NCBI GenBank assembly: GCA_002633005.1
Contig: NMRA01000242.1
Span: 408,868 to 472,867, forward strand
Direction of reading: 5' to 3'
DNA: 64,000 bases
Source: Phoronis australis
Taxonomy: Eukaryota > Animalia > Phoronida
Shown: one piece after another, positions 63,431-64,000 of the stretch
Layout: every line of letters begins with the position of its first letter
How positions within the stretch are numbered: the stretch's first letter is position 1
The notes under the pieces: generated by a model
Told to the model about the DNA's origin: nothing
Databases searched by the model: none
Seen by the model: the letters and a program-made list of their open reading frames with translations, nothing else
Made by a program: the position numbers and the translations under genes

Positions 63431-64000
63431 CCGCTTCGCTGGGGCTGGCTAGTATTAAGAACACTGTAGGCCTACAAACCGCAGAACCGGCACAACTGAG
63501 TAGCAGCAGACAACCACACGTTTCAAATGCACCATAAACAAGGCGTAGGCCCCTATATACTCGAAACAGGAACACTGCACCTTTTCTGAAAGAAACGGCA
63601 GACGGACCTCCGAAGCACCCAAAACAGACTGATGCTCCTTTCGTCCCATAGAAGGACAGGAACGCCGACGACGGACAGGAATCGCGAACGATTTTTCATT
63701 TTGACTACTAGGCCGGGAAGTTGGCACACGAGCTGCCACGCGCTCTGTGTGCACGAGACCTGCTGTGCGGAACCAGAGGGTACACCAATGTATTCGTACG
63801 CTGTAACAATGTCTCATGCAACAAAACTCAAAATTCGAATTTATTTCATCAAGGCATGGGCTGTGCAGCACTGAAATAAGTGGGGGGAGGGGGTATAGCC
63901 CCCAGCCGCCTATGGCGCGCTGCTCACGCAATATTATTTTTCCAAAGGGTTAAAAATAGTTAAACATCTTTAACGACAGTCCCTACCTGACACTGAATAA

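Noticed and set aside
63428-64000. Interferon-type (ISRE) or NF-kB elements upstream of the SAMD9-like gene; 158-aa ORF 63455-63931
   Set aside because: No convincing GAAANNGAAA or kB consensus seen. The ORF has no recognisable homology and stops before the donor.

Overview
Eukaryotic, repeat-rich draft-assembly DNA, most likely from a bilaterian invertebrate (spliceosomal introns, one 622-N gap, several isolated Ns). Two genes are well supported and lie convergently. The first is a plus-strand NIPA2-like magnesium transporter with five phase-consistent coding exons at 32421-45751. The second is a minus-strand SAMD9/SAMD9L-like innate immune STAND NTPase with a ~4.7-kb exon at 58009-62772. 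This SAMD9-like protein appears to have a degenerate AlbA_2/Schlafen nuclease site. It also has a splice donor just before its stop, pointing to two paralogous lysine-rich terminal exons at ~52.0 kb and ~49.2 kb. A third, unidentified multi-exon gene probably lies on the minus strand at ~2.1-9.2 kb, partly duplicated across the gap. The rest is mostly non-autonomous DNA transposons: Helentron/HINE-like elements whose ~150-bp internal repeats each carry a co-oriented CTCF-like motif, Kolobok-like TTAA elements, a decayed mariner nested in one of them, a pogo-like element, hAT-like MITEs with 5-bp or 8-bp TSDs, a long foldback and several minisatellites. I found no CRISPR, tRNA or rRNA. All alignments were done by eye.
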